The notes beneath the pieces are model-generated. The model had not been told where the DNA came from. It saw only the letters and a list, made by a program, of their open reading frames with translations, and searched no databases. A stretch of DNA of 64,000 nt from Camelus dromedarius (taxonomy: Eukaryota), in the NCBI RefSeq assembly GCF_036321535.1, contig NC_087437.1:96102001-96166000 (forward strand), written 5' to 3'. A program made the translations under genes and the position numbers. Shown here piece by piece: positions 53,708 to 64,000 of the stretch. Numbering within the stretch: position 1 is the first letter of the stretch; each line of letters starts with the position of its first letter.

Positions 53708-56700
53708 ATAGTAATAACTAAGCGAGTGATTTTAATAGGAGTTAGAAGATATTGGAAATTTAACACACATATTTCTTTAAATTTATACTTTATTGTCATA
53801 TGTATGTGGGTGTTTATATTATACATCTCAGGTATACTTGTATACTTTAAATGCCTAGGAAATGCTTGGAAAAATAAGCATCATCATTAATGAAGACAGG
53901 GATTTAATCTTTGGTGGATAATTATGTGCACAAGAAATGCTTTCACATTTATTGAAAATGTTTTAATCCCTTCTTAAGCTGACTGCCACTTTCCTCTTGC
54001 GTCTTTTTTTTTCTAGGCTGTTTCCATTTGCCTGTTTTATCTTTTTTTTTTTTTTTTATTAAACTAACCATTACCCATAGGCAACTACTCTCCAATCACC
54101 TGTGTTGGAGCATTTTAATCTATTGATGGCATTCACCTATCATTATTCGAAATTAATCAAGTAAATTTAAAGTCCTACTCCCCCATTTCACTTTATTTTC
54201 CCTTATAACATATCATCTTTTATGCTTGATGTCAGTGAAATTTCATGTAATGGTGATCTTCAATTTCTCTTTTGTACTTTTATATTTATCCATTTCTGAG
54301 TACACTGAGTTTCATCAATACTAACTAGCTATTTTACACATTCCACTGTGACTTAGTTTTATATTGTCTTACCAACAAATTATAAGTTGCCTCCCTGGAA
54401 ATTCCTGTGATCCACTATTGTTTTTAGCAAAGTTCCATTTGAAGTAGGACCTAGTAATAATCAGACAGTAGTCTCTAAAAAAATGAATAAACTATCCTTT
54501 TGTAAGAATTGAGAGTTAGGGGAGGGGCAGATTGTATTTTCATGCTTTCATTTTAGCTTAATGATTGGAGATTTAATAATACATAAAAGAAATACGGGAA
54601 AGCTAAAGAACATATTGCAATCTTACCTGTTGCTCAAGTGCTCAGCACTGATATTAGTTAAGTACTTGAGATTCTATCAAAAATGGGGAGGCTACATGTA
54701 GTTTCTTACTGGATATTTTTCCTCCATCATCTCCACAGAATACCCAGGATTCACTTGTCTTTCTCATGACTTAATGTTGACTTTAAAAAAAGACAGCTCA
54801 GCATGGCATGCATGCCTCCAGGGCCACTAATGTAGAGCCTAAGGACAGAACGAGGTAGAACAATTTCGAGGAGACAGTTTGTCAATGTGGGTTCATGTAG
54901 CACTAAGGGTTTTCTGTCATATACAATTTGAACAGATTCAAAAAGAAGTCAAGGAGTAAAGAAATCTCTGTGCTATCAACCACAGAGTTTTCACTCATTT
55001 ATCACCTTTTTCTTCTTCTTTACTTTTTAAATACCTATTAAAATTCCATTGGATTGGATAATGCGATGGGGTGAAGGGTAAGTTAATGAAGCTAATACAG
55101 ATTTTATTGCTTGCAAACTTTTTGGAAAGCCTTGGTGAGTGCCTCTTTTCCCATAGCTCAAAGCATTCATCAAAAAGATATTTTTCTAGAGATCAGGGCC
55201 AGACTTCACAGAAAATAATGACCTATTTATGAAGGCACATGCTATTTCTACTTTAACTATTCTGAATATTTAATTCTTACCATAATACCTCAATGATTGC
55301 TTGCAAAAGGAATGAATAAATAAACCACCACAAAAAAAACAAAACCAGTTCGTCAGGAATAAATTATTCATAAATATTGTCTAGAAAAGCATTTTTAAAA
55401 AATTAACCAAAGAATGTTGTCTACTACCTAGCTGTGTCCACCAAGGCATTTTATAGGCAAAGGGTGCTATGGTGCTAAGCTCTAACGGCAGTTACAGGGG
55501 CCGCAAATTGGACGTTGACCAGAGCCCAAGGTCATTGCACTTGAATTATAAAACAAAAGTCTCTTTCCTTGATGAATTACAAAGCTAACTGAATATATAT
55601 ATCTCTCGTAGCTTGACAGCTGCAAGGAGAAAATGAGTTGACTAGAAGATGTAAAGCAAGTCACCTTCATAGTTCTTTATGAATTAAACACACAGTCATA
55701 CAAGTGTCTTGTATCTGTCTCTGGGATTCTTGATAGCTTTGCAACACTCTAATGTACCAGATTCCTTCCCTGGGCCTGAAGAAAGTTCCTGCTGAGGGTG
55801 AAGGCTAAAACCCAAACTGTGCTCAGTTCATGGCGCTGAAAGAGTCCTTGAAACCTTTTGGTGAGGGCGTCCCCTCCCCTCCCAGCACATCTTTCCACGT
55901 GCCTTTTCTTTGCAATTTGAACGAGTTGGTTTTCTGTTATTGCCGTTTTATTTCACATCTCTGCTGTGAAGTGAAATTTAGCATGAATTCTGCTGCTCTC
56001 TTCTTTGGACGAGATAAAATACCTTTTCTCAAATTGAGGACATTAAATATTATTTGTTGTTTAAATGCTTTCTTGCAACATTGATATATCTTTTCTCTAG
56101 CTCATGTATAATAATTAAGGAAGAACAGTGTATTATTTTAATAAACTTTTCTGATAAGTTTGTACTTCCACAGTATATTCATACTTGATAAAGCAATGTT
56201 TGTTTTATAAATCTTCTACCATTTATCATACTAGTAACTGATGTATTTTGTCTTTAACCATATATATTATGTATTACCATTGTATTATATTAATGCAACA
56301 CTATTTGTAACTATTTTAATCCTATTTTGTTTTTTATTGTTGATCTACGTTAAATGAAACTCTGAAATGTATTGTTCACTTACCATGTGTTTTTAAAAAT
56401 ATTTTTTAAACAAATTATTTCAGAGTTAAACAGTTCTCTCTTTTTGTTTTTCCTGTTACTATGATTATTAATTTAAAGAACACGAAAATTATTTTTATTT
56501 TAGAGAGAATCTGATCCTGTAATTGTACTTAGTGAAAAAGAATGAAGTATTATTTATCGAGAACAATAGAGATTTTTATCTTCTCTATCCACTCCCTAAG
56601 ATAACTTTCCAACATCCATCATCTTAAAAAAATTATCATGAATTATTCTAAAGCAATTAAGAAATATCCATTTTCCTCCAAAACTCACACTAAATTATAC

Positions 56701-57061
56701 TTAAAAATAATTTACTAAGTAATTTTGTAGACAAGACGTTTGTATTCTATCTGTCTGAAGGTCTTTATCGAGTGGGGAAAATCAGATCTGTAAAGTAGTG
56801 TGACCTATGGAGTGAGATCTTATGATTTCAAATGCTTTTAACATTCTTCTTCAGTGACTCTTAGTCACTACTATAAGTCAACACCAATTTCTATTAATCA
56901 CTGCCCAACTCATAACTGAATGAGAAAATGAAATTGTGCATTTGGTCACAAACTATTAACGCAGACTTCTAAAAGTGACAAAATGTTCTGTTTTTGATTT
57001 GTCTATAAGCAGGTCTGTTTTACATAAATGGCTTTTTTACAAATTTGAAATGTGAATATAT

Positions 57062-57067
57062 TTTATT
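57062..57067 (-). terminator. Candidate distal polyadenylation signal AATAAA of ROBO2
   Basis: + strand TTTATT; minus-strand context AAAAAAATAAAATATATTCACATTTCAAA at the end of the UTR-like block. Confidence 0.6.
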
Positions 57068-59460
57068 TTTTTCCCAGTGAGTACACAATACACAATTCTT
57101 TGACAATACTATTAACCAATGTTATGCCAATGTCTTTTCTGATCTAACAACATCAAATGAAACACATTAAGATTTTGGACGCTGTTCGGTGACTTAAACA
57201 AACTACAGTTAAAAAAAAAATCCATCTATAAAACAAAGTATAAAAAAGTCTACCCACGGCCACAAAATCCCTTATCTTGCAACACTTTAAAGTCACAATA
57301 AATGCTTTTGAAAATTATGAGATAAGAAAAATTAGTAAATTGAACTTCATTAAAAAAAGAGTATGGTGCTTCATTTGAAATACGTATTATAGAGAAGCAA
57401 AATAAAAGTAACTTCACCTCTAAGATTATGTGGAAAGACATGTTGCTTTATACCAATTCTTGTCATGTAATTCTATAAATACAACATACAGAAACAGATG
57501 AACAAATTAGTGAATGTTATGGTTCTGCATATCTTTAATACTGACACACAATTACTTTCCAGTGGAGAAGATAAAAACCACAGTTTAGAGCTCATTGGTA
57601 CTATAATTATGTTGTCAATAGACAATCACATAACTTTGTTGAATAGCAATTTGGAAGTGTTCTATCAAACTCATAGAAACTTACAACTCAGATCTCATTG
57701 AAGATGTATTTAAATACCCAGAGCGTTAGACTGTAACATAGAACACCATTTAATGTTTTATTACCCAGAGAAAGTCAACTTGCAATGTTTTTACTGCCAT
57801 TTGGTTACTGGATATCTTAAATGTTGGTCTCCATTTTTCTATACTCTCCACTGAACTGGATTCAAATCTTGTGAAGAAATCAATTGTTCCCATGCCCCCG
57901 GTACTATCCCTCCTTAACTGAAATATGGCATAGACAAGATTTGGAGATGGGGCGCAGTGACTCTGCCTGTGTACACAGAGGCGTACCTGAGTTGGGGCAG
58001 TGATTCACCCATTTCCCCAGTGCAGACCTTGCGTGTTGAGAACGGAGCTGTGCTTGTGCAGGGTGTGACCCCACAGCGGTTTTGCCTGTGAGTGCGAGAT
58101 GAGAGTACAATTTCTCCTACCCAAACTTCTTTCTGACAGCTTCTGCAGGCCTCTGTTAAGAACTGTGAATTTCCAATCACATTCATTTAATTGGCTTTGA
58201 AATGAATAAAATCATGGTAGTTCTCATGACATTCTGACTTATTAGAAGTTTTTTTAACATACAGCAAGTTGACAAAGGCTTTTGATTTTTGATAGTGTTC
58301 CTGAATTCATTTGGATGGCCACAGCATTTTATCTTGCTTTACATCTATGTGAGGAGGCTATTTGGGGTGTGAGATTACACTGACCAATTTCTTTAAAATG
58401 AGATTTAACAAGAAATGTGAACTATTCTAAAACAACATTCCAAGGAACCATAAAGCCTCACATAATCTAACCAAAACAGTTAATTTTTTATGCACTGAAG
58501 ACAATCAAGAAGGAATGATGTTATGCCCTGCATTACTCCAGAAGTCACCTCATCCATATACTCTGTTTCTGAAGTCTTGGTTTATTAGTCACATATACGT
58601 GCCAGTTACCAGGGGTAAAAGTTTATGTGTAATATGTGTAATGAATTAAAAGTTTTAGGCAGAATTGGGTTTTAAAGAGGGAACAAAAATGAGCAAAACT
58701 TTGTTTGCTTTTAAAAGAAAGAGGTGAAGTAGGGAATTGCATAAATGAAAAATTAAATTCCTCACATCCTACAGTTGTGAATAAGTATGTATTCATTCTT
58801 CACAGAAACTTCTCATCTTCCCAGTCTCTTTGTCCCAGAGAAATCCAACTGCATTAAAATTCAGACACTGATGGTAGAAAGTTGATAAAGGGTTTAATAA
58901 GTGTGTCTCAGAATTCCTTCTCTTCTGTGAACAAATGAACTCCATGGGACCAAGACTCTGGGGCCCATAAAGACCAGTATGTCCCTCTACTCTCGCCTGT
59001 GCTGATGCAGTCTCAGGGAATAAAAAAGATGGAAACATTTGATTATGCCCTCTCTTTGCTTGAACAGAATGACCCACAATTGGCGGCTGAGCCAATAATG
59101 CACAGAGTTTGAATGGTCATTCAAACTCGTCCCATATTTTGGAATTGATCCTAGTCATTACATTGAATATTCTCCAGAGTACCAACTACTGAACACATCA
59201 CAGGAAAAACATGAGGAAGTATAACTAGAAATAGAATTTACAACGGTATAGGCAGCACATGGAAACATGTCACACGTGGGCATTTCAGGAAAACTGCCTT
59301 CTGCTTGACTGACTGACTACATGTACAGTAGCCAACATCTGTTTCAAAGTCACAGCCATTTGGACGATACATGACTGATGTTTGGGAACTTCTTGTTCTC
59401 AAAGTCGTGAAAACAAATGAGGCAGGACACTGTTATTAATGTCCACTTACGAGGTTTGGT

Positions 59461-59466
59461 TTTATT
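59461..59466 (-). terminator. Candidate proximal polyadenylation signal AATAAA of ROBO2
   Basis: Minus strand reads AATAAAACCAAACCTCGTAAGTGGACA followed by GU/U-rich GTGTCCTGCCTCATTTGTTTT. Confidence 0.5.
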
Positions 59467-60442
59467 TAAAAAGTGTATAAACATGCATTTTTCTCCTTTA
59501 AAATTTTTCTTTTCGATTTACTCATTCAAAATGGGTCAAACATATTTTAGTTGGTAGCCAATTTCTGAGGATGTACCATAAAATACTTAATCCAATAAAT
59601 CTACTTACTGTGAACTGAACATACTCTGAGCACTGCTTTTTAAGCACTTAACAATTTGGCTATACATTTGGTGGCATGAACTTCACTTTTTAATCAAATA
59701 AAACACAAAATTGTGTATCAACTGCATTGTATTTAAAAAGTCGTGAATTTCAGTGATGCAGCTCTGTCCTCTAGTGTGTTACTGTACATTTAATAGAAGA
59801 TGAAAGAAGATATTGCAATAGAGTTTTTGCATTTGCAAGCAGCCCGAGTATGTCCTAATAATAAATTGCCCCTTTAACTATTTGCTAGATATTCCAGAGT
59901 TCATTTTGTTTGTTTCCTTGGGGAACTTTATATTATATCCTGACTTAATGAGCTGGAGAGATTAGTTATGGTAATTCAGAAAATGCTTTTTAAAAAAACT
60001 GTAATATAGATACAGCTCTTGTGAAAACACCTTAATTTCCATTTGCTTGTTGTAATTATCAGATGGGTCAATTACAATGACAGGCAAAGTTGATTCTAAA
60101 TATAACTTTAATTTCCTTTTTTTATTTTTAGCAAGTTTAGTACATCTTTGCTACCTGTGTATCTTAATGCCTCTTCAGTCTTAAGACTTCAACTTCCTTC
60201 TTTTGACTCCTGCTTCTGTCAATAGTAAAAGCCACCTTTTTGCTTTTTTTTTATTGACTCAGTTCTTGATGTTCAAAGAAGACTTCGCCAACGCCACTGT
60301 TCCTTTGTATCTTCCTATTTCTACACCCCAACTGAAAACTCTCTAATGTGATTGGTTACAACCAGCATTCTCCAACCTAGCTTACAGTACGGAAACTCCC
60401 TTCACATTCAGTCTTTTTCTTCATGTCACGAGGAGTAGAGAT

Positions 60443-60450
60443 TTGTGCTT
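60443..60450 (-). promoter_or_regulatory. miR-218-5p 8mer site (AAGCACAA) in ROBO2 3'UTR
   Basis: + strand TTGTGCTT. miR-218 is hosted in SLIT2/SLIT3 introns and is an established regulator of ROBO receptors. Confidence 0.7.
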
Positions 60451-60903
60451 ATCACCAAATAAAATTGCAGTGCAAAATTTAAACATAAAAGTTACACAAT
60501 TAAAAGTTAATATATGGCACCACAGCCTATTAATTCACATATAGTACAACAGACCAATAAGAACAGACAATAATATGAACAGAGCTAAAAAGAGTGAGCT
60601 TGCATAGCAATGCACAAAAGAAATTATATACAGAGGAAAATCCTTTTCTTCCTGGAGGGCGAGCTTTGTTTTCTTTCTTTTTTTATATACTCCTGACAAG
60701 AAAGAGTTAAGGTGGGTGGTGTACTTAAGAGAACACAAGTAAAATATCTGTGGGGTGTGTGTGGCTGTGTGTCTTTACATTGCATTTACAGTTCTTTTAA
60801 TAGTACATAAATAAAGAAATTGTTCATTGCACTGTTCGTGTCATCACTTCCATGAGTTCAGACCTGATGGTCCTTCAGAGCAGCTTTGCACGTCTCCTCT
60901 CAG

Positions 60904-60908
60904 TTACT
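60904..60908 (-). CDS. ROBO2: ROBO2 last exon, coding bases and stop: T|AG stop (GEL isoform) or G|AG TAA (FTE isoform)
   Basis: Strong acceptor ttctgattttttttcatctctttatag|AGTAACTGAGAGG on the minus strand. Joining it to either upstream donor gives an immediate in-frame stop. Confidence 0.9.
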
Positions 60909-62708
60909 CTATAAAGAGATGAAAAAAAATCAGAAATAAGTTTGCATTAAGTATTCTTTATCCTGATCAGCGTAACAAAAAGCAAAGCAAACAGATACCA
61001 AAAGAAGGTCACCTCTTGGATTGTGTGAGGTTGCGAATTTAAGAAATTTTACTTATGGAAAGGGAAAGAAGAAGAAACATTGTAAAATTTAGAGATTTAG
61101 AATACAAGTAGACTATTTTTGTGCTTCTTACGAGACTGTAACTCCTCCAACAGTTAAAAAAAAATCTGAGGGGTCCTGAATCAAATTAAAAATTATAAAT
61201 GTATCTTAATTCAATTGGATTAGTAATAGACAACAATCATGATAACTGCCATTAATAAAGGAATTTAGTTTTGAAAGCTCTTTTACTTTTCATTATCTCA
61301 TGGCATCTCCTAGTGTGAGATGTGAGCGTAAATTACACAATTTTTTTAGATAAGGAAATAGATTAGGAAGGTAGTTTACTTTCTCATTTCACATAACCAG
61401 TAAAGGTTGAGAAGATTAGAACTTAAGTTTATTCCTTCAGATAAACCGAATTCAAAGGAGCCGTTGAAAATATTCAGCAAGTATAATTCTGCCATTGGAT
61501 AGTGAAGTTGCAAACGTTCATGATGAAATTAACACAAAGAGTTCAACACATTTTACTGTGTGTGACATACTGTGTGATCCTACCTTTCTCTATTATCTAG
61601 TATTTGATATTTGGAAAGCAGATTAGTTATACCACATAGCAATGCCAGTTTTCTGTTCGAAAAGAGAAATGTATTTATATGTTTTTATAATCAAAGTATT
61701 ACAAATTAACTGCAATTAAAGATTAACTTTTTAAGGTTGACTGTCTAAATTTAAAACAATAAATAAATGAAGGGCAAGAGGGAATGAGGAATTCCTAAGG
61801 AGGTTCTTCAAACTACCAAGGGGCCTGCATTTCTTTACTTTGCTCAGTTAAAAAGGCAAAGAAAACTACAGAGTGAACTATGTTTAATTAACTTATATTA
61901 AGATTAATTTCCTAAATTAATTGCCTAAATTATGCAATTTTTATATTGAATATTTCAAACTTGAAACAGAAGAAATATTTATCTGATTGATGTAAATGGC
62001 AATGGTCTCTGTTATGACCAAACCTGCTCAAAATCATAATTTATTTTTTTCTCATAGTAAAGCAAGCTTTCCACAATTCTGAAATGTGTTTATTGTGGCA
62101 ATGTTATTGATGGGGTTCAGGACAAGCCACCCCAAAATACAGTACCTTGGCATATTGAATCTCTTAAGGTGGGAGAGTCTGAAAAAACAGCAGAAGCAGA
62201 AAGGTCACCCTGACCTCCCCCACCTCATCCTTCTTCCCTGAAACAGGCCATAAAACTCCTATGTGACAGGTACCCTCCCTGTATCTAAGGAGGCAAGACA
62301 TTCTTGTCACCAGATATGGGGATTTTGCGGCTGAGAAATCTGTACACACAAACCTCCTTAAACTAACCCTTATCTTCTTAGTTACTTCACCATTTACTAC
62401 CCATAGCTCAAACCCCTTTGTCTTATAAAATCTTTACACATTTACTGCTTCTTTGTCTAAAAGGATAGAAAAACTTCCTGCCCCAGTCACTTCCTTGAGT
62501 CTTCATTCTCTTGTGAAGGCTTCCATGTATATGTTAAAATTCAGCACACTTTGTATGCTTTTTCCCTGCTAATCTGTCTTTGTCAGTTTGGTTTTCAGAC
62601 CCAGTCAGAAATAGTAAGAGGGTGGAGGAAAACTTTTTCCTCCCTTACTTATTAACCCAGTATTCTTTCTGAATGACATTAGCCTGTTAAACATCCTAAA
62701 GCACTTAC
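60909..62708 (-). other. ROBO2: ROBO2 last intron (GT-AG)
   Basis: GTAAGT at 62708 to ...TTTATAG at 60909 on the minus strand. Confidence 0.9.
62108..62648 (+). mobile_element. ERV1-class solo LTR (MER34/MER39-like) in the ROBO2 last intron, antisense to the gene
   Basis: TGATGGGGTTCAGGAC...TTTTTCCTCCCTTAC with 4-bp TSD ttat/ttat. Confidence 0.8.
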
Positions 62709-62909
62709 ATAATTCACCTGTAAACTGTCCTTGACTATTTGAACCCATATATCCTATGTCAAGAAGGTCGCTGGCATTGCGCTGGTGGCTTCCCCTCAAG
62801 GGCTCGGCTTTCCTGGGGCCAGTGGATCCCTTAGAAGAAGCCGTTCCTGATGAGCTGTGACCCCCTGGAGATGGGAAACTGGGCTTGCTGTAGGGCACCA
62901 AGGTCTCCT
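62709..62909 (-). CDS. ROBO2: Roundabout homolog 2, penultimate exon (201 nt with the distal donor; 192 nt, ending at 62718, with the proximal donor)
   Basis: Translation EETLVPYSKPSFPSPGGHSSSGTASSKGSTGPRKAEPLRGSHQRNASDLLDIGYMGSNSQGQFTGEL matches the recalled ROBO2 C-terminus. Acceptor is cctttgtgtttcttttctcag|AG (phase 1). Donors are CAG|GTGAAT and TAT|GTAAGT. Confidence 0.96.
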
Positions 62910-64000
62910 CTGAGAAAAGAAACACAAAGGGCTGAGTTGAACAGCAACAGGGAAGCAAAACAAACTTAACTCTAAATCTGAATATTAAGCTCAAGGCGGG
63001 CAATTTTATTATCTCACTCTTTAGTAAAATTAAAAATAAGATGCTTAATAAGGCCTGGATATTAAAGGAATTTCCATGTGCAAGCAACATTTCCTACGAG
63101 AGGAACTGAAGCATGATTAAATTAAAAGAGATCTTGGGACGAGTATATGATACTATATATCCTATGCAAGATTTAAATTCATTATAAAAGAGATCTGCAT
63201 ACAATGAATCAACCCTGTTGTTTAACAAAAGCACTTTTGAGAATAATTTCTGGAGTTCAATGAGGCTGCAATTTAATTTTTCCATTAAGATGGAAAGAAA
63301 ATGGTTTTTTGTTTAAATTATGGCAACATTTTCTCAATCAGTGTAAAGAACTATATATTAGTTAATAATATAAGCTTCTTAAATTTCTATTGTTTCTTGG
63401 AATAGAAATATATTATTTGAAAGGCTGTGTATTTCCTTAAAAGAAAAACTCACTCATTTTTATAGTGTCAATATTCTTTTTATGAACCATCTCTCTACAA
63501 ACAATTCACGATGTGCATTACTTAATACTTGGAATTAATTTTTTTCTTTCTTTCTTTTTGTTTTTGCTTGCTTTTTCTTTCCTTCTTTCTTTTTTCCCTT
63601 CTCTCCCTCTCCACACTATTCTGCTTTTTTTTTTTTCTAGGTACAGGTTATTATTACTGTGATTAGATGACTGAAAAAATGCTAACTGAATTTAGTATTT
63701 CTCTTCTTAGATAGTCTTTAAGGACAAAAATCTCATGATTTTTCTCTTGCAGCCTTAATGATGTAAGCTTCCTAAATGTTTCACTATATCTGGATACTAA
63801 TATTATCATCTTTCAGCCCTTTCCTAGTAATATTTTCTAAAACCTTAATAAACAAGTTGTGATGAAATATAATTATTGAGAATGCATGAGTAGAGGACAT
63901 ATCTGAAAAGACTGAGCCCAAGTGAATAAATAATGGGTAAGAAAACTCTTCCAATGTTCTTTTTTTATGTGTGTATGTCTGTGTGTGTGTGTGTGTGTGT
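62910..64000 (-). other. ROBO2: ROBO2 intron upstream of the penultimate exon (continues beyond the window)
   Basis: Polypyrimidine tract and AG at 62910-62930; no further exon recognised up to 64000. Confidence 0.85.
63967..64000 (+). repeat. (TG)n microsatellite, truncated by the window end
   Basis: Directly visible. Confidence 0.95.

Larger units (their letters stand above)
57043..60903 (-). other. ROBO2: ROBO2 3'UTR, long form (~3.9 kb); distal end approximate
   Basis: Follows the stop codon, is nearly free of recognisable repeats, is AU-rich and carries many miRNA seed matches. It ends near AATAAA at 57062-57067. The proximal part resembles the human ROBO2 3'UTR as I recall it. Confidence 0.75.

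Noticed and set aside
56853..56869. 7-bp hairpin AGTGACT-CTT-AGTCACT
   Set aside because: It is short enough to arise by chance and lies beyond the candidate distal poly(A) site.
734..60738. The many 60-143 aa ORFs in the supplied track
   Set aside because: They are short, often have non-ATG starts, show low-complexity or repeat-derived composition and match no protein I recognise. This is expected noise in mammalian intergenic DNA.
61099..61106. Additional miR-218 8mer match
   Set aside because: It lies in the last intron, not in the mature mRNA.
62605..63090. 161-aa ORF as a single-exon gene
   Set aside because: Only 62709-62909 is ROBO2 exon; the rest is intronic read-through beyond clear splice sites.
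1..64000. CRISPR array, operon or other prokaryotic system
   Set aside because: The sequence is plainly mammalian, and no regularly spaced repeat-spacer structure or gene cluster is present.

Overview
This is AT-rich mammalian genomic DNA. The tRNA-derived SINEs and L1 3' ends suggest a cetartiodactyl, probably a camelid (inference). The only protein-coding gene I can support is the 3' end of ROBO2 on the minus strand: the penultimate coding exon (62709/62718-62909), a ~1.8 kb last intron containing an antisense solo LTR, and the last exon starting at 60908. That exon carries the stop codon(s) and a ~3.9 kb 3'UTR with candidate proximal and distal poly(A) signals. The remaining ~57 kb is downstream intergenic DNA rich in L1, L2, MIR, CR1, SINE, ERV1 solo LTR, ERVL, MaLR and hAT remnants, with several repeat-free, motif-dense islands that may be enhancers. 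Almost all ORFs in the supplied track are spurious or repeat-derived. I found no convincing new biological system. The best leads are a 9-nt tandem splice-donor switch giving two ROBO2 C-termini, a dense miRNA/Pumilio site cluster and a perfect hairpin in the 3'UTR, a ~195-bp local copy inserted into an MLT1 LTR, and an RFX X-box island. Repeat family names come from recalled consensus features, not a database search.
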